Notes under the pieces: generated by a model
Told to the model about the DNA's origin: nothing
Databases searched by the model: none
Seen by the model: the letters and a program-made list of their open reading frames with translations, nothing else
Made by a program: the position numbers and the translations under genes
Part shown: positions 8,893-19,209 of the stretch, in pieces
How the letters are laid out: the number at the start of each line of letters is the position of its first letter
How positions within the stretch are numbered: the first letter of the stretch is position 1
Source of the DNA: Candidatus Iainarchaeum sp.
GTDB lineage: Archaea; Iainarchaeota; Iainarchaeia; Iainarchaeales; JAAZKV01
Direction: 5' to 3'
Assembly: GCA_026397015.1 (NCBI GenBank)
Contig: JAPLVR010000006.1
Location: 128,001-192,000 of the forward strand
Length of the DNA stretch: 64,000 nt

Positions 8893-10650
8893 ATGAAATC
8901 GAAAAAACGAATTGCGGTAATCGACTACGACAGATGCAACTATGGGAAGTGCGGGAATTACCTGTGCGAAAAGCTCTGCCCGGTTAACAGGACCAGCAAG
9001 GAATGCATAAAGCACAACAAGGGCGAGAAGCCGGAAATTTCCGAAGAACTGTGCATAGGGTGCGAAATATGCCAGAACAGGTGCCCATTTGAAGCGATAA
9101 GCATCGTGAATATTAATTTCGATTTGGGCGAACCGGTGCATTCATTTGGCCAAAACAATTTCAGGCTTCACGGATTGCCGCTGCCGAAAGAAAAAAGTGT
9201 CGTAGGATTGGTTGGAAGAAATGGGATAGGAAAAACCACTTCGCTAAAAATTCTTTCCGGAGAGATAATCCCGAATTTCGGCGGAGAAAAACTGCCTAAG
9301 GAAAAAATAATCGAATACTATAAGGGGAAAGAAGCCCAAAAATTCTTCAAAAAACTTTATTCGGGCCTGGGCTTTTCAGTCGCGGTAAAACCCCAAAACA
9401 TCGGAGCAATAAGGGCAAAGGGAAAAGTCATTGATTTGCTCAAAAAAATTGCAGACGAAGAAAGCGTGCGGAAGGTTGCAAAGGAACTGAAAATTACTGA
9501 AATTCTTGAAAGGGGCGCGGACAATCTGTCCGGAGGAGAATTTCAAAAAATAGCGATTGCCGCAACATGCCTGAAAAGAGCCGATTTATATTTTTTTGAC
9601 GAGCCGACTTCGTTCCTTGACATAAGGGAAAGGCTCAGGGTTTCGGAAGTTATCAGAAATCTTGCAACGAGAGCGGACGTTGTAGTGATAGAACATGATT
9701 TGATTTTACTCGATTATTTGAGCGATTCCGTTTACCTGATGTATGGAAAGCCGGGAGTTTACGGATTCATTTCACAAATAAAAACAACCCGTGAAGGAAT
9801 AAATGCTTACCTCGAAGGCTACTCAAAAGAAGAGAATTATCGTTTCAGGGGGCATCAAATAAATTTCTTCGGGCATGGCGGCGAGGAAAAGAAAAAAAGC
9901 GGCGAAAAACTTGTGAGCTGGCCGAACATAGAAAAAAAACTCGGAAATTTTCATTTGCGCGTATCGGAAAATTCCGTAAAAAAGAATGAAGTGATAGGAA
10001 TTTTGGGGCCCAACGGAATCGGCAAAACAACTTTTATGAGAATTTTAGCCGGAGAAATAAAACCGGACAACACTGAACTCGCGACGCGAATAAAAATTTC
10101 ATATAAGCCGCAATACATCACATATGCCGGGGAGAAACTTGTTGAAGAACTTTTTGAAGTCAAAGATTTTGAAAAACTCAGGGGCGAACTCCTGAGGCCG
10201 CTTGAACTTGAATACCTGCTTGAGAAGAAAGCAAAAAATCTTTCAGGCGGGGAACTGCAAAGGCTTTCAATCGCACTCTGCCTTAGCAAGGAAGCTGACA
10301 TCTACCTTCTTGATGAGCCATCCGCATACCTTGATGTTGAACAAAGATTGAATGTCGCAAAAGTAATAAAGGGACAGATGGATGTGAAAAACCGCTCGGC
10401 GCTCATAATCGACCACGACCTGACATTCATTGACTATTTGAGTGACAAACTTATTGTTTTTACAGGCGAACCCTCTGCCAATGGAAACGCGGAAGGGCCT
10501 TTTTCAATGCGCACCGGAATGAACAAGCTGCTCAGTTATCTTGGCGTAACCGTCAGAAGAGACAAAGACACAAAAAGACCGAGAATAAACAAGGTCGGCT
10601 CGGTGCTTGACAGGGAACAAAAGGAAAAGGACGAATATTATTACGACTGA
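8893..10650 (+). CDS. rli: Ribosome recycling ATPase ABCE1/RLI
   Basis: N-terminal Fe-S domain (CIGCEICQNRCPF) and two ABC domains (GxNGIGKTT, LSGGE, DEP). Confidence 0.97.
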   Translation: MKSKKRIAVIDYDRCNYGKCGNYLCEKLCPVNRTSKECIKHNKGEKPEISEELCIGCEICQNRCPFEAISIVNINFDLGEPVHSFGQNNFRLHGLPLPKEKSVVGLVGRNGIGKTTSLKILSGEIIPNFGGEKLPKEKIIEYYKGKEAQKFFKKLYSGLGFSVAVKPQNIGAIRAKGKVIDLLKKIADEESVRKVAKELKITEILERGADNLSGGEFQKIAIAATCLKRADLYFFDEPTSFLDIRERLRVSEVIRNLATRADVVVIEHDLILLDYLSDSVYLMYGKPGVYGFISQIKTTREGINAYLEGYSKEENYRFRGHQINFFGHGGEEKKKSGEKLVSWPNIEKKLGNFHLRVSENSVKKNEVIGILGPNGIGKTTFMRILAGEIKPDNTELATRIKISYKPQYITYAGEKLVEELFEVKDFEKLRGELLRPLELEYLLEKKAKNLSGGELQRLSIALCLSKEADIYLLDEPSAYLDVEQRLNVAKVIKGQMDVKNRSALIIDHDLTFIDYLSDKLIVFTGEPSANGNAEGPFSMRTGMNKLLSYLGVTVRRDKDTKRPRINKVGSVLDREQKEKDEYYYD

Positions 10651-10673
10651 ACTAAAAGAATCCTTAAAAAAAA

Positions 10674-11072
10674 TCAGGAAAAGAGCGCCTTTCTTGAAGT
10701 AGGGGCAAGGTATCTTTGATTTATTTCACTCTTTTTTAAATACTTGAACTCGGAATGCTCGCTGCTTACCAAAACTTTTCCTTTTAATTTGGAAGAAAAA
10801 ACAAAGAGCAAAAAATTTCCGGGGGTGCCGTTGAACTTTCCAAAAATAGGCAGGACTTTTTCAAGTTTCAAATTTAAACATTTGCAGGAGGTTTCCTCTA
10901 AAATTTCCCTTTTAATCGCATCCTCGAGAGCCTCGCCAAGCTCCGCCTTCCCGCCTGGAAGCTGCCACTTGCCGACAAATATTCTGTTATTTTTGCTGCG
11001 CCTGAGAAACAGTATCCTGCCGCGCGAATCCTTTACTATCGCCTCCACTATTGCGAGATTTCTGAACACCAC
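10674..11072 (-). CDS. NUDIX hydrolase
   Basis: WQLPGGKAELGE...AIKREILEET Nudix box. Confidence 0.9.
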   Translation of the reverse strand: MVFRNLAIVEAIVKDSRGRILFLRRSKNNRIFVGKWQLPGGKAELGEALEDAIKREILEETSCKCLNLKLEKVLPIFGKFNGTPGNFLLFVFSSKLKGKVLVSSEHSEFKYLKKSEINQRYLAPTSRKALFS

Positions 11073-11123
11073 CCAAATTTACTGGTTAAAAGGTTTTATA
11101 ACTTTTTTTGAGGCAATTAATCT

Positions 11124-12158
11124 ATGAAAATAATAAAAATAGACCAAAAGAACAATCTGATAAAGGTCGTTCCGACAGTGCTTGATGACCTGTGGCACCT
11201 GGAAAAAATAATTGAGAAGGGGGATATCGCCTCAGGCATGACCGACAGAAAAATAAAACCCAAGAACGAGGGCGAAAAGGCAGAAAGAAAAAAAATATTT
11301 GTTGAACTGCAGATCGAGGAGGCGCATTTCCAGGAGTTCAGCGAGAATTTAAAAATAAACGGAATAATCCTTGCAGGAAAACCAGAGGGACTCATTGAAT
11401 TGAAAAGCCATCAGAGCATGGACATAAAAATCGGAGAAATGGCCACATTAAGAAAAAATTCCCTGAAAAAATGGCAGATTGAAAGGCTTTTCAACGCCGA
11501 AAAAGCGAGCGCATCATCCGGATTACTTGTCGCACTCATGGACGACGAAGAATGCGAAATTGCGTTCGTTAGCCAGTTTTCACTAAACAAAAAGGCAAAA
11601 ATACTTTCAAAAAAGCAGGGAAAAATGTTCAAAGAAGAAAAAAATACTTATTTTGAAGAAGTTCTGGCAAAAATAGTTGATTTGAGGCCGAAAAAAATTC
11701 TAATTGCGGGGCCGGGTTTCACAAGGGAAAATTTCAGGAAATTTGCGGAAGAAAAAAGGCTCAAAAATTTTCCGAAAATATTCAGCGAAAGCACGAACTC
11801 GATTGGTGAAACAGGATTCAGGGAATTGCTCGTGAGCGGAAAAATAAGCGTGCTTGAAAAGGAGCTGCAGCTCGCAAGCGAATCCATTTTGATTGAAGAA
11901 TTTTTGGAAAAACTTTCAAAAGGGCTTGCGGAGTATGGAGCCGAAAAAGTGCGCGAAATGATCCAAATCGGGGCGGTCGAAAAATTAATTGTGGGCGAAA
12001 AATATTTATTGGAAAACAGAAACAGCTGCGAAGAATTAATGGACCTTGCGGAAAAATCAGCCGCCGAAATACATATAATCTCCTCAAAAAATCCGGACGA
12101 AAAAAAAATCCACGGATTTGGCGGAGTGGTTGCGACGCTGAGGTACAAAATGGAATAA
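11124..12158 (+). CDS. pelA: Pelota (Dom34) ribosome rescue factor
   Basis: DDLWHL, IAGPGF and FGGVVATLRY motifs. Confidence 0.95.
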   Translation: MKIIKIDQKNNLIKVVPTVLDDLWHLEKIIEKGDIASGMTDRKIKPKNEGEKAERKKIFVELQIEEAHFQEFSENLKINGIILAGKPEGLIELKSHQSMDIKIGEMATLRKNSLKKWQIERLFNAEKASASSGLLVALMDDEECEIAFVSQFSLNKKAKILSKKQGKMFKEEKNTYFEEVLAKIVDLRPKKILIAGPGFTRENFRKFAEEKRLKNFPKIFSESTNSIGETGFRELLVSGKISVLEKELQLASESILIEEFLEKLSKGLAEYGAEKVREMIQIGAVEKLIVGEKYLLENRNSCEELMDLAEKSAAEIHIISSKNPDEKKIHGFGGVVATLRYKME

Positions 12159-12191
12159 ATAAGATCTGCCCGAATAAATAGGCAATAAAAA

Positions 12192-12539
12192 CTAAAAAGT
12201 TTTTACCCCTTCGCCGGTAATGACAATAAACTCATATTCGACACCGGCTTCTTTCAGGGCGGCGAGAAGCGCCAAATGCTCTTTTCCGGAACCGGAAATT
12301 ATTGAAACTTTTATTTTTCCGCCGGGCAGATTTTTCTTTATCTCTTCTTTTATCACGTCAAACCCTGCCCTGTTATTTACCATTATCCATTTCGCCGGCT
12401 TATCCATCTTAAAATTCTCCTTCCCCCATTCATTTGAAATAAGCGCGATTTCATCGAAAGGGTTTTCATCAATCAGCCTCTTTACGTGGCCCCACGTTCC
12501 CTTGCCTATCCCAAGAACTGCAATCAAAGAATTTCCCAC
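12192..12539 (-). CDS. Conserved hypothetical protein, possible CARF-like Rossmann fold
   Basis: LIAVLGIGKGTWGHV and VSIISGSGKEH. Start placed at GTG 12539 behind an SD-like GGTGG. Confidence 0.6.
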   Translation of the reverse strand: MGNSLIAVLGIGKGTWGHVKRLIDENPFDEIALISNEWGKENFKMDKPAKWIMVNNRAGFDVIKEEIKKNLPGGKIKVSIISGSGKEHLALLAALKEAGVEYEFIVITGEGVKTF

Positions 12540-12631
12540 AATAGCCACCGACAAGAAATGCCCCCAATAAAAATAATTGAAAAAAGAACCATTAAAAAAC
12601 AAACATTTATTCTACATAATTTAAATTGCCG

Positions 12632-14236
12632 TTATTTTATTGCTTTTGACATGTAAGGACCTTTCTTTTTATAACTAAAATTTTTTCTATAATATTCTTT
12701 CACGCCTGGGCCGGAAATGACAACAATCTTGTTAGAATCAAATTTTTCTTTCGCGATTCTTTCAGCCTCCCCCATCAACAACTTTCCAATCCCCTGATGC
12801 TGCGTGCTTTCGCCGCTTCTTTTTCCGAGCGGAAGCGCTTTACCATAAACATGCAGCTCCCTAACCAATGCTGTTTTCGAATCGATTTCTTTCCTAAAAG
12901 GTTCAAACGGTTTTCTGAGCCGCAAAAAACCAAACAACGCATCCTTTGATTCAAAGGAAACAAAAGCCTCTTCGCCGCCGCTTGCTTGATAAAATTCAGA
13001 CATTAATTTTGCTTTTGAAAACTCGCCGGCACCGATTTTTTCATCATACAACTTTAAACCCGCTTCCCTGCACCTGATACAGGCGCATTTTTTTCCGCCG
13101 AAACGAAGCTCTTCCCGCACAAGCTGCCTTAGATTTGTTTTTTTGATGCCTGCAGAAATAACATTGCTCGGAATATCCCTGTTGACACGCATGACACGAA
13201 CCCATTTCGGCAATTCTGATTTTATCCGCGCCAGCATTCTAACGGCTTTCTTTTCTTCAATCGGGAAAAAATTGCCTTTTAGCCATTCGTCATAAAGTTT
13301 AGTTCCTTCCATCACCAGGCACGGATAAAATTTTACCATATCCGGCTTAAAACGCGCATCGTGAAAAATATTTCTGAAATTTTTCAAATCTTTTTTGTAA
13401 TCACTTCCTGGCAGGCCGGGCATCAAGTGATAAAGAATTTTGAAGGCGGAATCTTTCAAAAGGCGGGTTGATTCAACAACATCTTCTACTGAATGGCCGC
13501 GGTTTATCGCCTCATAAATTTCATTGTCTGGATTTTGGACTCCCAGTTCAACTCTCGTGCCCCCGAGGGAAAGCATTTCACTTATCTCTTTTTTTCCGCA
13601 CAAATCCGGCCGGGTTTCAAAAGTAATTCCAATAATTCTCCGCTTGGAATGTTCGGCGTTCAAAAGCGCGGCTGAAAGATTTTCCGATTTTTTTTCCGTC
13701 ACCGCATCAATGCTTTTTTTCAAAATAGAAACCTGCTTTCGGCGCGGGAGAGCGGTGAAGGAACTTCCCTGAAAAATAAGCTCGATTTTTTCCGCAAAGT
13801 TTCCGGTCGCGTCAAGCTGCAGTATTCTGTTTGAAACTATTTTATACGGGTCATAATTTAGGCGCTGCGCCCTCAGTGCGCTCGGCTCGAAACCGGTATA
13901 TGATTGCGGAGCCTTCTTGCCCGCAAACGCAGACGGACAATAAATACATTTTCCGGGGCAAGGAAAAGGAGGCATCATAACAGCAATTACCTGGACGCCT
14001 GAAAGGGTGCGCGTCGGCTTTATTGAGAGAAGCGAAAGGACTTTTTTCGACGGTTTTTTTGCAAATGAAAGTACAAACGGATTTGAAGGCATTTCATCGA
14101 GATGCGATTTCTCACTCCAAAAAAATTTCCGCGCACTCAAATCCTTCTGCGAATTAATTTTGCCTGAATTGATTTCTTCAATCATGCGCAACGCGAATTC
14201 GGTGCGCCTCGCTAAGCCGCCTTTTTTGAAGACCAT
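12632..14236 (-). CDS. elp3: Elp3 tRNA uridine(34) acetyltransferase (radical SAM + KAT)
   Basis: RTLSGV, CPGKCIYCP, ETRPD, RDIP, RELHVYG and QHQGIG. Confidence 0.96.
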   Translation of the reverse strand: MVFKKGGLARRTEFALRMIEEINSGKINSQKDLSARKFFWSEKSHLDEMPSNPFVLSFAKKPSKKVLSLLSIKPTRTLSGVQVIAVMMPPFPCPGKCIYCPSAFAGKKAPQSYTGFEPSALRAQRLNYDPYKIVSNRILQLDATGNFAEKIELIFQGSSFTALPRRKQVSILKKSIDAVTEKKSENLSAALLNAEHSKRRIIGITFETRPDLCGKKEISEMLSLGGTRVELGVQNPDNEIYEAINRGHSVEDVVESTRLLKDSAFKILYHLMPGLPGSDYKKDLKNFRNIFHDARFKPDMVKFYPCLVMEGTKLYDEWLKGNFFPIEEKKAVRMLARIKSELPKWVRVMRVNRDIPSNVISAGIKKTNLRQLVREELRFGGKKCACIRCREAGLKLYDEKIGAGEFSKAKLMSEFYQASGGEEAFVSFESKDALFGFLRLRKPFEPFRKEIDSKTALVRELHVYGKALPLGKRSGESTQHQGIGKLLMGEAERIAKEKFDSNKIVVISGPGVKEYYRKNFSYKKKGPYMSKAIK

Positions 14237-14259
14237 ACGGACTAATTTGGCTGATTAGA

Positions 14260-15018
14260 TTAAAAAAACAGAGCCAAAAGCCCGTTGAGCATATAACTGG
14301 ACACCATCGAAAATGAATAGAAAGGCAAACCGTAAATCACCGATTTGAACTTGCTTGCCAGCGTCGGCACCGCGTCGAGGGTCGTTTTGAATTTAGATGC
14401 CTTGTTTGAATAGCCAACTATAAACTCAAACTGTTTTTTTCCCTGAACCTTTGGAACGATTGAAAGTTTTTCAACCTTTGAGGAATTCTTAGGAACGAAA
14501 AAATAGGTGCCCGCAAACCAATCGTTTGAAAGGGTCGATGAAACCGAGAAAAATGCATCAGCGCTTGATTTGTTCACCAAAACAAATTCATACTCCGCGG
14601 AGGAACCGACATCGACTGTTTTCGAAAATCCGTTCATTGAAGCCGCAAGCAGGCCATTTTCAACAAGAAAATAAACCTCCGCGGTTTCCTTAACGCCCGA
14701 ATCCTTTTCGGAAAACTCCAGCTTAATTAAATTTTTCCAGTTCACTTCGCTCTTTGGAACATAAATGAAAAGTTTCAATGATTCAATCTCCTCAACGACC
14801 TTTGTGGTAAATCCTTCGGGAAGTTTTGTTTTTAGCTCGACCGCCGAATACTTGTTGTTCTCTTTTGAAAAAATAAGTTCGAGAGTGCCCCCGGGATAAA
14901 CTTTTCCGACCAAATCATTACCTTCAAGGACTTTTGATTCGGGCTCAATAAGCCTTATCGCAAAGGCACCGGAAGCAATCATGAGCAGCAAAAGCAATGC
15001 AAGAGATTTTTTAAACAT
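14260..15018 (-). CDS. Secreted/surface protein with signal peptide and C-terminal hydrophobic anchor
   Basis: MFKKSLALLLLLMIASGAFA signal, beta-rich body, hydrophobic C-terminus. Confidence 0.7.
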   Translation of the reverse strand: MFKKSLALLLLLMIASGAFAIRLIEPESKVLEGNDLVGKVYPGGTLELIFSKENNKYSAVELKTKLPEGFTTKVVEEIESLKLFIYVPKSEVNWKNLIKLEFSEKDSGVKETAEVYFLVENGLLAASMNGFSKTVDVGSSAEYEFVLVNKSSADAFFSVSSTLSNDWFAGTYFFVPKNSSKVEKLSIVPKVQGKKQFEFIVGYSNKASKFKTTLDAVPTLASKFKSVIYGLPFYSFSMVSSYMLNGLLALFF

Positions 15019-15069
15019 TACAAACACTAATTGAATACGTATAGAAATGTAATAAAAAGGTTGGTTTTT

Positions 15070-15669
15070 ATGGGCAGTGCGGGGGAAAAAAGCCGTTTCA
15101 AGATGACAAAAGAACGCCATACGGGAACTTTTGAAAAGGCCCTAAGGGAAGGAAAAGTTGACAAGGATTTTGTTCCGCTCTGCAAATACATCTCAAAGAC
15201 AAAAAATTATTTCACCGCAAGCAGCTGCGCCGGAAGAATTGCGCTGGTCGCGCTTGACAAGGGAGAAACGAAGAAGGAAAGCGCTTTTTACAGAAAATGG
15301 CACCGCACAGTGGCTGAGAAAGAAGTAATTGGCGCGGTAAAAGAATTCAGCGGAAAAGTGCTTTGGTTCAAACAGGAATCGTTGATACTCCACCTCGGGA
15401 CGGACACCCTTGAAAACGCCAAAAAGATACTTGTTGCCTGTGAAAAGGCGGGAATAAAAAGGGCGGGAATAAAAGTCGCGAAAGAAGGAAGATTTATCGT
15501 TGAAATTATAGGAACGCAAACAATAAATACGCCGGTAAAGGAAGACGGAAAAATTCAGGCGGATGAAAACTTTTTGAATTACCTTGTGAAAAAAGCGAAT
15601 GAAAAATTTTCAAAGAACCTGAAAGTTTTGAAAAAACTTGAGAAAGAAGCGAGGAAGAATCTCAAATGA
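15070..15669 (+). CDS. taw3: tRNA wyosine-pathway methyltransferase Taw3 (TYW3)
   Basis: VDKDFVP, YFTASSCAGRI, KWH and ILH motifs. Confidence 0.9.
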   Translation: MGSAGEKSRFKMTKERHTGTFEKALREGKVDKDFVPLCKYISKTKNYFTASSCAGRIALVALDKGETKKESAFYRKWHRTVAEKEVIGAVKEFSGKVLWFKQESLILHLGTDTLENAKKILVACEKAGIKRAGIKVAKEGRFIVEIIGTQTINTPVKEDGKIQADENFLNYLVKKANEKFSKNLKVLKKLEKEARKNLK

Positions 15670-16181
15670 GCCGGCTGTTTGTTGCAATCGACCTCCCAAA
15701 AATCCTGAAAAAAATGATTTCCATGGAAATTATTGAAAAGCTTTCGGGCGTAAAAAAAACTCCTGAAAAAAATCTGCACATAACACTTTGCTTCATCGGC
15801 GAAGCGGACGAGAAAAAAACAATTGAAAAACTTTCAAAAATCGGATTTCAAAAATTCCGAATCGAACTTAACGGAATCGGGAAATTCGGGGAACGGGTTA
15901 TTTGGGTGGAAACAAAATCGGAAGAAATGAAAGTATTGGCGGAAAAAATTTCAAAAACGCTTGGAATAAAAGAGGAAGGGGGGTTCAGCGGGCATCTGAC
16001 AATTGCGCGCGCGAAAAAAAATCAAAATCCTTCCGTTTTTCTGAAAGAAATTGAAAAAATAAAAGACAAAAAAATCGGGAAAAAATTTTTGGCTGAAAAA
16101 TTCGTATTAATGAAAAGCGAGTTACTGCCGGAGGGGCCAGTTTACTCGCAATTAAAAGAATTTTCAGCTGAAGTGCTTTGA
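15666..16181 (+). CDS. thpR: RNA 2',3'-cyclic phosphodiesterase / 2'-5' RNA ligase (2H family)
   Basis: RLFVAIDLP, two HxT motifs (HITL, HLTI) and SELxxxGPVY. Confidence 0.92.
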   Translation: MSRLFVAIDLPKILKKMISMEIIEKLSGVKKTPEKNLHITLCFIGEADEKKTIEKLSKIGFQKFRIELNGIGKFGERVIWVETKSEEMKVLAEKISKTLGIKEEGGFSGHLTIARAKKNQNPSVFLKEIEKIKDKKIGKKFLAEKFVLMKSELLPEGPVYSQLKEFSAEVL

Positions 16182-17702
16182 AACAAGCGAAAGCACTTTG
16201 TCCGGTTGGAAATAATAATCCTGTATCACTTCAAGCACTTCAGAAGGCTTCCTTATTTTTTGTTCGAGCATCCATTCCAAGACTTTTTGCCGCATCAGCA
16301 TTTCCTGTTTCAACTCGTTCTTTGAAATGCCGTTTGCATTCGCCATTTTTTCTATTATATAACTAGGACAATCCGTACGTTTTATTGCCCCAATATTTTT
16401 ATCAAACTCAAATACATTTGCAAGCAAAACTTTGCTCTCCATCCTCGAAACTTCCGCCACCTGCAAAACATTCCTTTGCATTCCGCCGTCCTTCAAATGA
16501 TGCCGCCCCAAAACAACAATCAAATCAATCAGCGGAAGCAAACCCTGAGGAACTGACATCGGGGGTTCCTGCAGGCGGATAATGGCTTCCCTGGAATCGT
16601 TTGCGTGAATCGTGCCCATTACCCCGTCATGGCCGGTATCCATCGCAACAAACATTGTAAGAGCCTCTTTCCCCCTTACCTCCCCAACAATAATTCTGTC
16701 TGGGCGCATTCTCAAAGAATTTCTTAACAAATCATCTATCTGAATCTCATCGCCGGCGGAATGCCTCGCCTCCATTGGAACCCAGTTCGTTCGCCCAAAA
16801 AGTGCAAGCTCAAGGGTGTCTTCGATTGAAATTATCCGCTTGTTGATTCTCACAAAATTTGCAAGCACATTCAGAAAAGTGGTTTTTCCTGTTGCGGTGC
16901 CGCCTGTAATCAAAATATTTGCAGGAGTAACATCAAAGCCGTCAACCATCGTCCATAGGAAAGCGGCGAGCTCTGAATTCAACATTCCGCCCTCAATCAA
17001 ATCAATTATGGTAAGGGGCGTTGGAGAAAATTTTCTTATTGTGAGGGAAGTTCCATGCGGAGAAATATCTGAAATGGTTGCATTGACCCTGCTTCCATCC
17101 GGAAGGCGCGCATCAAGCAACGGATTTTTCGAATCAAATGTTTTTCCGACGCCGGAGGCAATGCGCTGAAGTATTACCTCGAACGATTTCTCCTCGAGCA
17201 CAACGTTTGTTTTGCACATGCCGTACTGCTTATGAAAAACAAAAATGCTATCGGAACTATTAACCATCAACTCTTCAAGAGAATCATCGAGCAAAAAGAA
17301 GGCGAACTGCCTAAGCCCTATTGAGTTTTGCAAAGCCATCCCTGCAAAAAGCTCCCTATTGCCTATGAACTTTATAGGCTCGAGAATTTTTGTGAATGCA
17401 TAAAAAAGGTCAGAAAAAATTTTGTTGGACGGAAGCCTCTCAAGCAGGGAATTTATTTCAACGAGCGAAACAACCTCCTCCCTAAAGACCGAGGAAAACT
17501 CTTCGCCGACGCCCTCAAATTCTGAGAGCTCCCTGAAAGAGGACTTCCTTTGTATCACCCTTTCAAGAAGGTCCATAAATGCCTGTTCTTTCTTTGCAAA
17601 AGGAAGCTGCTTTATTTCGTAAAAATTCTGCGGAAACCCTTCATAAACATCGCCAAATGGGGATGAAGCCAGTTTTTTTCCTTTTGATTCATTGAGGGGC
17701 AT
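16164..17702 (-). CDS. Type II/IV secretion ATPase (CpaF/TadA/VirB11 family)
   Basis: DARLPDGSRVN, TIRKF, Walker A GGTATGKTT, IEDTLEL, LRMRPDRIIVGEVRG and TGH. Confidence 0.93.
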   Translation of the reverse strand: MPLNESKGKKLASSPFGDVYEGFPQNFYEIKQLPFAKKEQAFMDLLERVIQRKSSFRELSEFEGVGEEFSSVFREEVVSLVEINSLLERLPSNKIFSDLFYAFTKILEPIKFIGNRELFAGMALQNSIGLRQFAFFLLDDSLEELMVNSSDSIFVFHKQYGMCKTNVVLEEKSFEVILQRIASGVGKTFDSKNPLLDARLPDGSRVNATISDISPHGTSLTIRKFSPTPLTIIDLIEGGMLNSELAAFLWTMVDGFDVTPANILITGGTATGKTTFLNVLANFVRINKRIISIEDTLELALFGRTNWVPMEARHSAGDEIQIDDLLRNSLRMRPDRIIVGEVRGKEALTMFVAMDTGHDGVMGTIHANDSREAIIRLQEPPMSVPQGLLPLIDLIVVLGRHHLKDGGMQRNVLQVAEVSRMESKVLLANVFEFDKNIGAIKRTDCPSYIIEKMANANGISKNELKQEMLMRQKVLEWMLEQKIRKPSEVLEVIQDYYFQPDKVLSLVSKHFS

Positions 17703-17781
17703 AAGACATCGCTTATATATAAGGAAAAGTAGTATAATAATTTTAGTTTTGAATAAAACAGGTTTTATTGGGGGTGAATGC

Positions 17782-19146
17782 ATGAAACCACTGTACCAAA
17801 GTGTTTTGAAAAAATTTACTCCTGCTCAAAGGGAGCTAGCGCTGGAGAAGGCGCTCGTCGAAAAAATAAGAGAAAAAATCGAAAACATCGAAGGAAAACA
17901 TTCGCATATCGAGTGGTGCGGAAGCTCTGCAAGAGGAACCCATCTTCGCGGAGACAGGGACATCGATTTATTTGTGATGTTCGACCAAAAAATTTCAGAC
18001 ACTGAATTGGAAAAAGAAGGTTTGCGGATTGGAAAAGCGGTTTTCAGGGGAAAAAAGTGGAAAAAAGCGTATTCACAGCATCCTTACATACGCGGAACAT
18101 TAGAAGGGTTTGACGTTGAAATAGTTCCAAGCTACATTGTCGAACACGGGCATTTAAAGAAAAGCGCGGTGGATAGGACACCTTTCCACAACAGGTGGCT
18201 CCTCCAAAGGCTTAATGAAAAGAAGCAAAAAGAAATTAGGCTTCTGAAACAATTCATGAAAGGAATCAACGCTTACGGTGCAGACCTGAAAAACAACGCG
18301 CTGCCGGGGTACGGAATTGAACTGCTTGTAACAACTTACGGAACTTTTGAGAACGCGATAAAACAAATCGCTTCATGGAAGCCCGGAAAAATAATTTCAT
18401 TCGGCGCGGATGAAAAAATTGCGAAAGAAAACTTCAAAGGGGCGCCGCTAATACTAATAGACCCTGTAGATGAAAACAGAAACGTGGCTTCGGCGCTATC
18501 CCTTGAACAATTCGAAAGAATGATTCTCGCCGCAAAACTTTTCCTAAAAAAACCCTCTGCGAAATTCTTCTTCGGTGCGAAAACCGAAAAATGGCCGAAA
18601 GAAAAAGTTGAGAAAATGCTCAAGAAAACGGAAATAATTTCAATAAAAGGAAAATTTCCTGCAACGATTTTGCCGGATTTAATCTGGGGACAGCTGGCGC
18701 GCTACGAAAAAAAAGTTTCAACCCATTTGAAGGAAAAAGACTTCTCAATTATTAGAAGCGCGCACTGGAGCGACGAAAAAGACGTTTTTTTCCTCTTTGA
18801 ACTGGAAGCGCTTGAACTGCAGAAAGCGAAAAAAATAACCGGACCTTTTGCAAGCGATTCCGAGAATGCGAAAAGATTTTTGGAGAAAAAAAGAAAAATA
18901 CTTTCCGGGCCGCGCGTCGAAAACGGGAGGCTTGTGCTGGAAATCGAGCGGAAAGAAGAGGAAACTTCCGCGAAAAAAATACTCGAAAAGTTTTTGAAAA
19001 AAAGCAAATGCGAGGAGAAATCAGGGATAAGGATTTGCATCAAAAGCGCGAAAGTGCTGGCTGAAAAGGACTTGCTCCGCGAATACAAGGGGAAATTCGC
19101 CGAATATTTCACGCTTTATCTGGGCGGAAAAGAGGTTTTTGAATAA
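17782..19146 (+). CDS. cca: Archaeal (class I) CCA-adding enzyme
   Basis: GSSARGTHLRGDRDIDLF, HPY, SAVDRTPFH and DPVDxNRNVA. Confidence 0.96.
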   Translation: MKPLYQSVLKKFTPAQRELALEKALVEKIREKIENIEGKHSHIEWCGSSARGTHLRGDRDIDLFVMFDQKISDTELEKEGLRIGKAVFRGKKWKKAYSQHPYIRGTLEGFDVEIVPSYIVEHGHLKKSAVDRTPFHNRWLLQRLNEKKQKEIRLLKQFMKGINAYGADLKNNALPGYGIELLVTTYGTFENAIKQIASWKPGKIISFGADEKIAKENFKGAPLILIDPVDENRNVASALSLEQFERMILAAKLFLKKPSAKFFFGAKTEKWPKEKVEKMLKKTEIISIKGKFPATILPDLIWGQLARYEKKVSTHLKEKDFSIIRSAHWSDEKDVFFLFELEALELQKAKKITGPFASDSENAKRFLEKKRKILSGPRVENGRLVLEIERKEEETSAKKILEKFLKKSKCEEKSGIRICIKSAKVLAEKDLLREYKGKFAEYFTLYLGGKEVFE

Positions 19147-19209
19147 GTGGATCTTGGTGGGATTGCACACTTGGCATATTGCCTGTTCATAAAATTGGTT
19201 TTATTTTGG

